A stretch of 64,000 nt of DNA from a virus (IMGVR_UViG_3300033156_000439:17824-81823), one strand, 5' to 3'; shown: positions 29,294-39,549, numbered from the stretch's first letter. Made by a program: numbers and translations. Notes: generated by a model not told the origin, from the sequence alone.

Positions 29294-31328
29294 ACTCATA
29301 AACACTCAGAATGTAAACACTCTACTCGAATTGGTAGAGTCGGAACTCAATTATAGACATGCGAAGAGATTACACATTCCAAACAGAGGAATATATCTAC
29401 CCTCGCCACACGCTAAGCTTATTCACGACGGTCACAAGACAGTAATCCTCAAGAATAGGAAATTTAAGATAGCAGGTGTCCCATTCCTTTACTGTGACAA
29501 TAAATATGCTTATGGTGTATTAGAACTCAAAGAACCAAAAGAAATTAAGACAGAAGGACAATTTAAGGCTCTCCAGAAATATCACAGAGTAACCAAGAAA
29601 GAGTTTGAAAATTGGAATTGGACCCTACCTCTTTACGCTTATTACATTAAAGAGGTTCACAATTTTAAGAAGCCTGTAAGGATTAACCTTCCTCAAGGTG
29701 TGCAAAACTTTATTAAGAATCCAGTTCAGTATTTAGAAGACAGTGAGTATCCATTTACTGGCAAGCATGATTTGTCTCTTTCTCTACAAGTAAACTGTCC
29801 CAATTGTGGGAGATGGATATACATTCCACACTCTCCAATTCCTTCTAATTGTCCTTACTGTGGTTATCAATTGAAAGAGCGAGAAGAAGAAAAATCACGA
29901 ATGGTTCCTCTTCCAAAAGAAGAATACTCTCGAATAGTTAAGGATTATCCTCTCAAACCCTTACCTAAGAAATATTACAAAGACCAGAGGGGAGGAGTAG
30001 CTTGGTGCTTTGCTTCTCCTCGAACTAAAGTCCTCACGGAAGGTGGCTGGAAACCTTGGAACAAAATTTATCCAGGTGAGAGAGTCTTAACACATAAGGG
30101 CAGGTTCATGCGAGTCACTCGAAAGGACGTGTTTGAAGGCATTTATGACTGGATTAAGGTTCACCTTCAGTTTGATAACATAAAGGTCCTTAAGTACGAT
30201 ATTCGAGTGACTAAGAATCATCCCTTCCTCACGACCGAGGGTTGGAAAGAAACAAAAGACTTAAAGGTTGGTGACAAGATTGTTTCAAAAACACCCAAGC
30301 GTTGCCTCAACTGTCGTGCCCCGATTCCACTTTCATGGAACGCAAAAACAGACTTTATGTTTTGTAGTGATGAATGTGCACGAAACTATGAGTGGACAGA
30401 GGAAAGTTTGCACACTGAGTACATTGACAAACAAATTTATGATAATCCTCTTGCTGATGTTACGGTTACAGTTGTGAAAATCGAAAGGATTAGAATTCCA
30501 AAAGACTCCACTGTATGGACACAAACTCATGCTTGTTCTTTAGAAGTGGAGGAAGATCATTCGTACATGACTCCTTTGGGATTCTCTCACAACTCACAAT
30601 GGCATATAAGAGGCATAAAACCAGAGGATAAGGAAGCGTATGATAAGGGTGAAATTTCCTTCGAGAAGATGATTTTGCATCATAGTCTTCATCAAGACCT
30701 GAGATGGAAATTAAACGGTATATCAGTCCTTCCTCAATGTACAATTACTGAAAGTGACATGAAGTCCTATGTGAGAGGAATGCTTGGACAACTTAACCCA
30801 GAACAGAAGGGTCCTGCCAACGTTCAAAAAGTCAAGGTTATTCCCAAAGTCGAGATTGCTAAACCCACAATGCCAAAGTCCAAAATGAAGGAATTCCTTA
30901 TAGACGAGGAAGGAGCTAAGCTTATTAATAAGATGATAATTCATGAGACCTCTTACTGGATCAGTCCTGGAGAGGTTGGGAGTTTGCCATACACTTGGGC
31001 TTACATGGGAACTATATGGACGGGGAAGGTGGCAACGGGGGTTGAGAGAGGAGATTTTCACGAACTCTTCTTTTATCCAGATAAGGATTTACCTGAGCCA
31101 AATAAAAAATTCTTTGACGGACGGTTCATACTAAGAGCCTTTAGAGGTGAAGCAGCACGAGGGGGCAAAACATGGTGGTTGTGGAAATCCACGAAAAATC
31201 CTTATCCACAAAATCCTTGGTGTTATTGCGATCAGGGTGAACATGAGGTCCTTCCTCTTGACAAGATAAAACACTGGGGTCACGAGAACTATCCTGAATG
31301 GAAAACAAGAAAGGATGATTGTGAATAA
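29283..31328 (+). CDS. ASCH-like + Zn ribbon + intein + LigD-phosphoesterase-like fusion
   Basis: GIYLPSPHAKLIHDGHKT..AYGVLEL (ASCH-like); CPNC..CPYC; intein; spliced SQWHIRG..SLHQDLRW resembles the PE QxH..HxDxR motif. Confidence 0.65.
   Translation: MKSELINTQNVNTLLELVESELNYRHAKRLHIPNRGIYLPSPHAKLIHDGHKTVILKNRKFKIAGVPFLYCDNKYAYGVLELKEPKEIKTEGQFKALQKYHRVTKKEFENWNWTLPLYAYYIKEVHNFKKPVRINLPQGVQNFIKNPVQYLEDSEYPFTGKHDLSLSLQVNCPNCGRWIYIPHSPIPSNCPYCGYQLKEREEEKSRMVPLPKEEYSRIVKDYPLKPLPKKYYKDQRGGVAWCFASPRTKVLTEGGWKPWNKIYPGERVLTHKGRFMRVTRKDVFEGIYDWIKVHLQFDNIKVLKYDIRVTKNHPFLTTEGWKETKDLKVGDKIVSKTPKRCLNCRAPIPLSWNAKTDFMFCSDECARNYEWTEESLHTEYIDKQIYDNPLADVTVTVVKIERIRIPKDSTVWTQTHACSLEVEEDHSYMTPLGFSHNSQWHIRGIKPEDKEAYDKGEISFEKMILHHSLHQDLRWKLNGISVLPQCTITESDMKSYVRGMLGQLNPEQKGPANVQKVKVIPKVEIAKPTMPKSKMKEFLIDEEGAKLINKMIIHETSYWISPGEVGSLPYTWAYMGTIWTGKVATGVERGDFHELFFYPDKDLPEPNKKFFDGRFILRAFRGEAARGGKTWWLWKSTKNPYPQNPWCYCDQGEHEVLPLDKIKHWGHENYPEWKTRKDDCE
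30006..30593 (+). mobile_element. Mini-intein (196 aa) with an internal Zn-finger insert, no homing endonuclease
   Basis: Block A CFASPRTKVLT, block B VTKNHPFLT, block F/G SLEVEEDHSY..FSHN followed by Ser+1; insert CLNC..FCSDEC. Confidence 0.9.
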
Positions 31329-31359
31329 TTTTAGAATTTGACTTTTCTGTTTCGTAGAT

Positions 31360-34300
31360 ATGGGTTGGCTTTCTGGTTATGCTTATCGGAAAAAAGTAAC
31401 CATTTCCGGTTCGAGTGGGGCGGGAGAGAATTACCAAGTTAAGTTATCGATTGGTAGCTCATCTGGTGGGGACTTCCACTTAGAAGGACATTGTGAAGAC
31501 TTTCCTAACGATATTCGATTTACAGATGATGATGGTACTACTCTTTTGGACTACTGGATTGAAGATTCATCGCAGGATCCAATTACTGTTTGGATAAAAG
31601 TTAAAGATAGTTTAGATAACAATGTGGATATTTACATATATTACGGTAATCCTTCGGCGACCTCAGGAAGCGATGGCGATGCAACTTTTGAGTTTTTTGA
31701 TGATTTTGAAGGAACGAGTTTGGATTCAGACAAATGGACCACGAGACAAGGTTCAATAGGGGTTGACGGTAATGGTAATTTGCTTTTAGAAGGGACTTCA
31801 GGTACAAGAGGAATCATTGATGGTAATACTTCATTTAGTATTGGTAGCGCTCTTCGTGTGAAAGCGAAATGTTCTCAAACGGATGCTCGTTTTAATCATT
31901 TTTGTAGCATGAGAAAAAGTGGCGACTGGAATTACAGGGGAGCAGATACTTACGTGGGCAGCTCGAACGAGGACATTTATTTTCTAACAGCAAATGAAGG
32001 CAATACTTCCTCAACCAATTGGACGCCTAATACTCCAACAGATTGGCACATTTATGAGTCCACTTGGAGGAGTGGAGAATCAAAGGTCTTTCAGGATGAT
32101 AATCTTAAAGCAACTCTCACCTCAAACATTCCAACCGTAGATCAAGTAGTAGTTTTTTATGAAGGGAACGTTGTAAATGGTAATATTCATGTTGACTGGG
32201 TTTTCGTCCGCAAATACGTCTCCCCAGAACCCTCATTTAGTAGTGTAGGAAGTGAGGAGAAGGGATATTTTACTTGTTCTGATATGGTCTCTCTGTTAGA
32301 TGAGAGTTTTGGTGGTGGACCAATAACACGAAGCTGCACTGATATTCTCGATTCTATCTCTTCTTCATCTTGTTTCAAATTTGCCACATGGCTTCCAGGT
32401 TTCGCTTATAGGAAGCGATTAACGATTTCAGGTTCAAGTGGCGCTGGTGAAGGCTATCAAATTAAATTAAAGATTGGTTCCTCATCAGGTGGAGATTTTC
32501 ACCTGAATGGTCATTGTGATAATTTCCCTAATGATATTCGTTTCACGAAAGATGATGGTCTTTCCCCTTTAAGCTACTGGATTGAGGATCCAACTCAAGA
32601 TCCAATTACTGTTTGGGTAAAAATCGAAGACGATTTGAGTAACGACGTGGACGTGTACTGCTATTACGGAAGTTCACTCGCAGATTCTTTGAGTAATGGC
32701 GATGCAACTTTTGAGTTTTTTGATGATTTCAGTGAGACAAGTGTTGTGAATTATTTTGCTTCCAATGGTATGTACCGTCCCTTTATGTCAGCCTCAGCAA
32801 CTTATCATAACGGTAAAACTTTTATAGTTTGGCAGGGTACAAATGGAGATCCTTATGCGATAGAGTATAATCATACATCTCATACCTTTAGTTCACAATA
32901 CAAAGTGGGAGATAGTCCTTTAGTGAACGATGGACACGGGGGTCCCGCTTTACTCCGTGACGGTTCTGGCTATTTGCACGTTTTTTATGGTAGTAGAGGA
33001 GGTGGCTGTTCCGGAGAGAATTGTTATGTTCAATATGCTAAATCAACAAATCCGGATGACATTACTTCATGGGTAGACAAAGGGCATATCGGTCCTTCAC
33101 GATGCACTTATCCGAGACCGGTACTTGTTGGTTCTGATATTTATCTCTTTCTGTTCAATAATAGATACGATAAATGTGTAATGCTTTACATTAAGTCCAG
33201 TGATGGTGGCGAAACTTGGAGTTCATCGAAAGATATAATAGATTTTGGGGAGTCTTATAGTATATACTACCGAAATGTAGAGTTGGAAGGAGATTCAAAA
33301 ATTCATATAGTTTGGCGCATTTACGATCATAATGCTGGAAAACGTTTACATGTGTATCATGCTTATTTGAATTTATCTGATTTGCACATGTATAGTATGG
33401 ATGGTACTGATTTGGGAGAAGTAATAAATAAGAGTGAAGCTGATGAACATTGTAAAGTTTTTGATTCTGGAGATAATCAAACTCAAATGATGAAAGTTCA
33501 TTTGGACAGTGATGGTACTCCTTATATTATTTTTAGTCATGATGATAATGGGTGGAAATTTAAATTTACGAAATGGAATGGTTCCTCATGGGACTCTCCC
33601 ATTACAATAACAACCACTGACTACTTTATGAATAATCTCGATTTTATTGTACATTCTTCATCAAACATCGAACTTTATTTAACAGCAAGTGGTTCTTCTT
33701 CTGGTTTGGGTGGAGATATAGAAAAATGGTCTTGGGATGGTTCATCTTGGACCAAGATTGAAACAATACTCAGCGAAGATGATACAGACTTCCCTCCTAA
33801 TGATCCTTATATTGTTCAAAATTTTAATCCAGAACTGAAAGTTGTATTTTCAGAAAACAAATATGACTATTCTACTCCGTTAAAAGTATTCGCGTATGGT
33901 GACAGTGGATTTGTACAGAGTGTTGAATATAACATCGACTGGGATGGTAAATGGCAGTCGGAAAAGCAGTCATACTATGACATCATCGAGGAAAATTCTA
34001 ATCCTGTTTTGAGATTAAAAAGCGTAGGAAGCGGATGGAGTGATGCAATTTATAGCAAAAGTAGTTTTTCTGATCTTAAGGGATTTAGGTACAAAGTTAA
34101 ATTTACAACAACCGATCCCTGTCTCTATACAGGTTTGGCTAAAGATGTTCCTCTGAGCGAGTGGATATTTCTTTTTGACTGTGATAACGGATTAAGGTAC
34201 CTATCAACATCTGGCTCTTCTACTACTATTTGGAATTCTGTTGTTGCGAATAAATGGTATGAAGTAATAGCAATAAAGAAAGACACAAACACATGGCATT

Positions 34301-35817
34301 TCGAGTTATACGAAGATGGTGTTGAAAAGGTAAATGAGGATAGAACGAATGTTACAAGTGAGAGTAGCAAGTATCTTACGCTTTTTAGGTATGATAACGC
34401 TGATGTTGCCTATGCTGATGAGTTCTATGTTCGGAAATACGCCGACCCAGAGCCTTCATTTAATAGTACCCAGGCCGAGGAAGGACCTGTATTCACTTGT
34501 GGAGATACGCTTGCAAATTTGAGTAGAAATTGGTGGGCTGTACATGGAAGTTCTTTCGACATTTTTTCAAGTTCATCTCTTTCTTCAGCCCGAATAGAGT
34601 TTGGTCCAGTATGCTTGGATATTTTAAACGCCTTAGATTCTCCTAATTCCCTTCTTTCGATGATTTCTCGTTCTCAGGACTCATTGGGATTGATAGATTC
34701 GAGTGCTTCTTTAATTATTCTTTTGCTCAATGCAGTTGATTCGATAGATACCAGCGATGGATGTACTCTTTCATTCTCACTCACATCATCTTGTTTGGAT
34801 GTGTTACATGCTATTGATAGTGCATCATATCCCCTTGCAAATGTGGTTAGTTGTTTAGATAGTTTAGGAACTCAAGACTCCATTTCGTCATTCCTCTCAA
34901 TGTTATGCCAAAGTAAGGATAATATTGGAGGAGCGGATGGTGAAACGTCTCAACTTTCAGTCGAGCGAGCATTACTCGATATTCTTGCTTTTCAAGACAC
35001 GTCCGCCTATCTTGCAGGTATTATTGCCTCCGCTTCTGACATCCTTAACACACAAGGTTTAAATAGTGTTCGTTTAATATTTTCTTGTTCAAGTATAGAC
35101 GTTGTTAAGAATGTAGATGGTGGAGGAGTTAATGTTACATTCCACCTGAGTGGAGACGACATACTCAAAGGAGCAGATTATGTCTCCGGTAACCTTCAAG
35201 TCCTTCTTGATTCCTTGGCAGTCTTTAAGAACACAGATCAAAGTGCCTCGTCGCTCTTAGGTTTCATTCTAAGATCAGCCTCTGATGTGCTTGATATGTA
35301 TGATTTGAATACAACTACACTTCAGATATCCTCTTCCTCGATAGACATCTTTAGGACAGAAGATAATTCTTCCATCAACATCACGTTTCACTTAAATAGT
35401 GCAGACGTCTTTAAGAATTCCGATTCAACAATTCTCCATTTACAAGCTCTACTTAGTGCATTGGAGACTCTCAAGGCTAATGACAGTAGCACAGCGTCCG
35501 TGTTTGCTGAGATACTAGCTTCAGCGTCCGATTTGCTTGCTACGTCTGATTACAATACAGTTCGTTTAGAGTTCCTCGGATCTACGATTGATATAGCCGA
35601 GTCGATAGATAGCGTTGCTTCTAATATTACACTACATTTGAATAGCTCGGACCTTTTTGGTGGAACGGACAAAGTCACAGCTAAGCTTGAAGCTCTTCTC
35701 AGTGCTATATCAAAATTCAAAAGTTCAGATGAGTCTCAAACCCATGAGGTTGTATATGGTGTTCCTATAAAAATATTTAAAGCTCAACATAAAGTCTTGG
35801 TGTTTAGAGCAGAATAA
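31360..35817 (+). CDS. Large virion adhesin/fiber: two DUF2341 domains, BNR-like propeller, repetitive C-terminal stalk
   Basis: Two copies of WL.G.AYRK..DIRFT.DDG...YWIE..VWxK; SSDGGETWS Asp-box; S-x-D-x-L periodic repeats. Confidence 0.8.
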   Translation: MGWLSGYAYRKKVTISGSSGAGENYQVKLSIGSSSGGDFHLEGHCEDFPNDIRFTDDDGTTLLDYWIEDSSQDPITVWIKVKDSLDNNVDIYIYYGNPSATSGSDGDATFEFFDDFEGTSLDSDKWTTRQGSIGVDGNGNLLLEGTSGTRGIIDGNTSFSIGSALRVKAKCSQTDARFNHFCSMRKSGDWNYRGADTYVGSSNEDIYFLTANEGNTSSTNWTPNTPTDWHIYESTWRSGESKVFQDDNLKATLTSNIPTVDQVVVFYEGNVVNGNIHVDWVFVRKYVSPEPSFSSVGSEEKGYFTCSDMVSLLDESFGGGPITRSCTDILDSISSSSCFKFATWLPGFAYRKRLTISGSSGAGEGYQIKLKIGSSSGGDFHLNGHCDNFPNDIRFTKDDGLSPLSYWIEDPTQDPITVWVKIEDDLSNDVDVYCYYGSSLADSLSNGDATFEFFDDFSETSVVNYFASNGMYRPFMSASATYHNGKTFIVWQGTNGDPYAIEYNHTSHTFSSQYKVGDSPLVNDGHGGPALLRDGSGYLHVFYGSRGGGCSGENCYVQYAKSTNPDDITSWVDKGHIGPSRCTYPRPVLVGSDIYLFLFNNRYDKCVMLYIKSSDGGETWSSSKDIIDFGESYSIYYRNVELEGDSKIHIVWRIYDHNAGKRLHVYHAYLNLSDLHMYSMDGTDLGEVINKSEADEHCKVFDSGDNQTQMMKVHLDSDGTPYIIFSHDDNGWKFKFTKWNGSSWDSPITITTTDYFMNNLDFIVHSSSNIELYLTASGSSSGLGGDIEKWSWDGSSWTKIETILSEDDTDFPPNDPYIVQNFNPELKVVFSENKYDYSTPLKVFAYGDSGFVQSVEYNIDWDGKWQSEKQSYYDIIEENSNPVLRLKSVGSGWSDAIYSKSSFSDLKGFRYKVKFTTTDPCLYTGLAKDVPLSEWIFLFDCDNGLRYLSTSGSSTTIWNSVVANKWYEVIAIKKDTNTWHFELYEDGVEKVNEDRTNVTSESSKYLTLFRYDNADVAYADEFYVRKYADPEPSFNSTQAEEGPVFTCGDTLANLSRNWWAVHGSSFDIFSSSSLSSARIEFGPVCLDILNALDSPNSLLSMISRSQDSLGLIDSSASLIILLLNAVDSIDTSDGCTLSFSLTSSCLDVLHAIDSASYPLANVVSCLDSLGTQDSISSFLSMLCQSKDNIGGADGETSQLSVERALLDILAFQDTSAYLAGIIASASDILNTQGLNSVRLIFSCSSIDVVKNVDGGGVNVTFHLSGDDILKGADYVSGNLQVLLDSLAVFKNTDQSASSLLGFILRSASDVLDMYDLNTTTLQISSSSIDIFRTEDNSSINITFHLNSADVFKNSDSTILHLQALLSALETLKANDSSTASVFAEILASASDLLATSDYNTVRLEFLGSTIDIAESIDSVASNITLHLNSSDLFGGTDKVTAKLEALLSAISKFKSSDESQTHEVVYGVPIKIFKAQHKVLVFRAE

Positions 35818-35846
35818 TTCTAATCTCAAAGATAGGGTGAAAAAAT

Positions 35847-36356
35847 ATGAGTGGGAAGATAGGTATTGGTGGTGTATTCGAGATTGAATGCTATGACAAG
35901 GATGGTGAGTTGAAGTGGAAAGATGATGCTCACAACATGTGGGTTCAGGAAGGCAGAGACTACATACTGAATGTGATATTCAAGAATGGTACTCGAAATG
36001 ATCCTCTTTACGTTGGTCTCTTTGAGCAGGATACTCCTTCGGATAACTGGACAATGTCTAACAATGGAACAACATGGCATGAGAATGAGAGCTATTCTGA
36101 GTCAACCCGACAGGAGTTTGTAGATGGTAGCATAAGTGGTACCACGACTCGACAGCTCGATAACGATGCCAGCAAAGCTACGTTTAGCATAACCGCAAGT
36201 GCAACTCTTAAGGGCGCATTCTTGACAACAGATAACACGAAGGGTGGAACGTCTGGTACGTTACTATGTGCAGCTACTTTCGATGAGGGTGACAGAAACG
36301 TAACAAACGGTGACACGGTGCAGGTTAAGTATACGGTTGGTTGTCAGGACGCTTAA
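35847..36356 (+). CDS. Virion structural protein (tail/fiber associated)
   Basis: ECYDKDGELKW..HN..EGRDYIL and GTSGTLLCAATF..GDTVQVKYT, a pattern common in phage tail-associated proteins. Confidence 0.65.
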   Translation: MSGKIGIGGVFEIECYDKDGELKWKDDAHNMWVQEGRDYILNVIFKNGTRNDPLYVGLFEQDTPSDNWTMSNNGTTWHENESYSESTRQEFVDGSISGTTTRQLDNDASKATFSITASATLKGAFLTTDNTKGGTSGTLLCAATFDEGDRNVTNGDTVQVKYTVGCQDA

Positions 36357-36673
36357 GCGAGATGGTCTTAATACCAGATCGCTGTTATAAACAACCGAGC
36401 GAGAAAGAGTACCTTCAGATAGATTTCTCTTCTCGACTTGGAGACAATGAAAGAATTTCAGCCATTAATGAATGTAAGTGTTATGACGAGGAGGGCAACG
36501 ATGTGACAAGCGATATAATAGAAGATCCTGTTAAAGATGAAACGTCAGTGAAGTTTTGGTTTAAAGGAGGAGAATCTGGTAAACGTTACAATTTAACAGT
36601 AAAGATCCAAACGACAGAAGCCGCAACACTCGAGGAAGATTTAATATTAATAGTAGAGGAGGTAGGGTACTAA
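36341..36673 (+). CDS. Putative fiber-tail adaptor protein
   Basis: KQPSEKEYLQIDFSSRL..VKFWFKGGESGKRYNLTVKIQT; start probably 36362. Confidence 0.55.
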   Translation: MSGRLSEMVLIPDRCYKQPSEKEYLQIDFSSRLGDNERISAINECKCYDEEGNDVTSDIIEDPVKDETSVKFWFKGGESGKRYNLTVKIQTTEAATLEEDLILIVEEVGY

Positions 36674-36674
36674 A

Positions 36675-36899
36675 ATGAGCATAAAGATTGGAGAGTTTCT
36701 ATCAACCTATACAGAAATTCACTCATTTGTCATGGGAATATACGCAGGACTTACAGAATGGCGTGGTATAGATTCAAATGTCCTAAATAATCCCGACGTT
36801 AAGGAAGAACCCCATTACTGCTACGGTGGTTACGTCTTAGGCACTTTACTTAGATGGGCTATAATTCTTACCGTGGGCTATAAGTTCTTCTTAGGCTGA
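36675..36899 (+). CDS. Small membrane protein
   Basis: Hydrophobic C-terminal segment. Confidence 0.55.
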   Translation: MSIKIGEFLSTYTEIHSFVMGIYAGLTEWRGIDSNVLNNPDVKEEPHYCYGGYVLGTLLRWAIILTVGYKFFLG

Positions 36900-36933
36900 T
36901 ATTTCTATTGTTCCTTCTTTTAGGTGGTGCAAT

Positions 36934-37716
36934 ATGCAATTTTCAATAATAGTTGCGACAAACCGTGGACCTGAACTCTTAAAATATTTATTTGTCTCTA
37001 CACACCCTGAGAGTGAGCTCATAGTAGTTGACTCTTACTATAATGAAAAAACAAAAGACTTCCTCTCTCGCCAAGAGGGATATAGACAGATAGTCTACGC
37101 TCCACCTGAACACTCGCCCTTTAGGTGGCATAGGGACTTTTCTCAGTCTCTTAATACAGCACTATGTCTCGCTGAGCATGAATATATTGTACGTGCAGAC
37201 GACTACATAGAATTCAAGGAGGACTTCTTTGACGTTGCTGAGATGGACATCAAGAGTTACCCAGAGAAGACTCTTATAATAGGTCAAAAAGCGCAGGAGT
37301 ATAACAAGGAAGAGAAGTTCATTGACTACATGTCACAAAAAGGAATAGGCGGAGATTTCAGATATGTGAACATTGAGAATCCAGCATTCACATTCTCTTT
37401 TGGAGTAGCGCCTCTTCAGTTATATCTCGACCTTAATGGTTATGATGAGAGGTACGATTCTGGTTGGGGTTTTGAAGACAGAGACTTTCTTCATAGAGCA
37501 CTAAAAGCTGGCTACGTTGCGATGCTCGATAAGCTACTTATGGGATATGGTCATGCTCATAAGCCAGCTTGGGAGACAATTTCAATGCCTCATATAATTT
37601 ATGAGGTAACAAAGACAGAAATAGAGAGTGGCAAAGTTTGGGCTTATAATCCTTATAAACTCAAGGATAGACGGGAGCAGAAACTGCAGGAGAAAGAGAA
37701 ATGGATAGTAAGATAA
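36934..37716 (+). CDS. Glycosyltransferase family 2
   Basis: FSIIVAT, ELIVVD, ADDY and NGYDERYDSGWGFEDRDF. Confidence 0.88.
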   Translation: MQFSIIVATNRGPELLKYLFVSTHPESELIVVDSYYNEKTKDFLSRQEGYRQIVYAPPEHSPFRWHRDFSQSLNTALCLAEHEYIVRADDYIEFKEDFFDVAEMDIKSYPEKTLIIGQKAQEYNKEEKFIDYMSQKGIGGDFRYVNIENPAFTFSFGVAPLQLYLDLNGYDERYDSGWGFEDRDFLHRALKAGYVAMLDKLLMGYGHAHKPAWETISMPHIIYEVTKTEIESGKVWAYNPYKLKDRREQKLQEKEKWIVR

Positions 37717-38639
37717 GCATGATTCAGATACAGACCACGAGTATTTGTTCCGGGAGGTGTATCATTTGTCCTTACAAAGACAGTTGGCTACGAAAGGCTC
37801 ATGACTATATGAGTGATGAAGATTACGTTCACGTCTTAGAAGAGATTAAGTCCTATCTTGGTGATTACAAAGAAAAGCTTCCACTTTACTTGATGAATGA
37901 TCCGTTTGCAGACAAGAAAATAATTGAGCGAATGGAGTTAGCTTATCAATATTTCCCTAAATGCAAATTAGAGTTGTCCACCAATGGTTTGCTTCTTACT
38001 GAGAAATTGTCAAAGCGAATAGTAGAAACTGTAATTCACTATAATGGCGGGGGTACATTTGAACTCTGGATTTCTTTTCACGGAGCAAGTAAGCAAACAT
38101 GGGAGTTCCTTAATAATTTATCGGGTAAATTTGAAAGAGTCCTCAAGAACATCGTTACGTATCTCAAGATAAACAATGGTCAGCTTAGAACAGTTATTAA
38201 CTCAGCGGGAGGAGCGTCTCGTGATGGTTCTATGTTCTTTTATTCACAAAGTGCTTGGAAGCAATTCTTAAACTCTATATTTCAAACTTATAACCTTCCA
38301 TTGGAGAACGTTCATTTTCGATACTATACCTTTCATAACAGAGCTGGAAATGTGAGACTGTGTAATTGGGATGGAACAGAGTATTATCGAGAAATAGGTC
38401 CCGAGTATCCTTTTGAGTGTTGGCGTTTTAGAAGTGGTATTCACATTCTTTACAATTTAGACGTGATAGCTTGCTGCATGGATTGGAACAGAGAGGCAGT
38501 TTTTGGAAATCTCAAAACCCAAACTCTAAAGGAAATATGGGAGGGTGAAAAACGACGCATTTTTGTCGATATGGCGTCGGGTAGAAAACCTTCTCCTAAA
38601 GACTTTATATGCAAACGTTGTATGTCACCGGGTGGGTGA
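37701..38639 (+). CDS. Radical SAM protein with SPASM/twitch domain
   Basis: CSGRCIIC (CxxxCxxC), LSTNG, C-terminal C..ACCMD..GNL..CKRC. Confidence 0.9.
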   Translation: MDSKISMIQIQTTSICSGRCIICPYKDSWLRKAHDYMSDEDYVHVLEEIKSYLGDYKEKLPLYLMNDPFADKKIIERMELAYQYFPKCKLELSTNGLLLTEKLSKRIVETVIHYNGGGTFELWISFHGASKQTWEFLNNLSGKFERVLKNIVTYLKINNGQLRTVINSAGGASRDGSMFFYSQSAWKQFLNSIFQTYNLPLENVHFRYYTFHNRAGNVRLCNWDGTEYYREIGPEYPFECWRFRSGIHILYNLDVIACCMDWNREAVFGNLKTQTLKEIWEGEKRRIFVDMASGRKPSPKDFICKRCMSPGG

Positions 38640-39547
38640 GTAGTATGGATAACGTAACAGCGATTGTGAAAACCTTTATGCGTCCTGAAAAATTCGAGTT
38701 TTGTTTGAAAAGCTTAGTGTCTGCTGGACTTAAGAAAATCATAGTTTCTTTTGATGGTCCTGAAGATTATCTCGAAAGACACAGAAGGGTAGTGGGTAAA
38801 TATCAGAGAAATGTAACCATTCGTTTCTTAGAGCTTCCTTTCAATGTTGGACTCGCAGCCGCAAGAAATAGAATGATAGAAAGAGTAAACACTGATTACA
38901 TTCTTATGATTGATGATGATAATTACGTTCCGCTTCAAGTCTTAGAGATGGTACATGGATTATCACAACTTCCTGAAGATGTAGGGGGAGTAGCTATGGG
39001 ATGGCTGCCAGCTTTTAATCCTCTTCCACAGATGGATGCTTGGGACTTCGAGATAGTAAACAGGATACTCTTTAAGACATGGCGAAGTGATAAGCAACGT
39101 GCAATTATTAATGGCAACGCTTATATGTTTCCTTTTGATTTTATTCCTAATCAAGTTCTCTTCAGACGAAAGCTCTTTAATGATGTGCAGTGGGATGAAC
39201 ATTATATCATAAGCAGGGAACATGAGGACTTTTATCTGACATGCAAGAAAGAAACAGATTGGAAATTTGGGATATGCACATCTATTTACTCCGTACATGA
39301 CCCAGGTGGAAGCAAAGAGTATATTCGAGAGTATCGTGCTGGAGTGGAGTGTGATAAGTCTGCCGAATATTTCCTCAAGAAGTGGAACCTGAAAGGTATA
39401 GCTCCCCAAAGATATAGTGATGATTATACGTCTTTGTTTTATGATGCTCCTTGGCAAGTAAGACGAAACCTCGATAAGAATAGATATATAAGATGGAAGT
39501 TGGAGACGAATCAGGCTTTACCTGATGACGTCTTCCAAACCCGTTAA
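38609..39547 (+). CDS. Glycosyltransferase family 2
   Basis: VTAIVKTFMRP, NVGLAAARN, MIDDD and EHEDFY; start probably 38645. Confidence 0.88.
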   Translation: MQTLYVTGWVSSMDNVTAIVKTFMRPEKFEFCLKSLVSAGLKKIIVSFDGPEDYLERHRRVVGKYQRNVTIRFLELPFNVGLAAARNRMIERVNTDYILMIDDDNYVPLQVLEMVHGLSQLPEDVGGVAMGWLPAFNPLPQMDAWDFEIVNRILFKTWRSDKQRAIINGNAYMFPFDFIPNQVLFRRKLFNDVQWDEHYIISREHEDFYLTCKKETDWKFGICTSIYSVHDPGGSKEYIREYRAGVECDKSAEYFLKKWNLKGIAPQRYSDDYTSLFYDAPWQVRRNLDKNRYIRWKLETNQALPDDVFQTR

Positions 39548-39549
39548 GT

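Noticed and set aside
30006-30593. Homing endonuclease in the intein
   Set aside because: Only 196 aa long, with no LAGLIDADG or HNH motif
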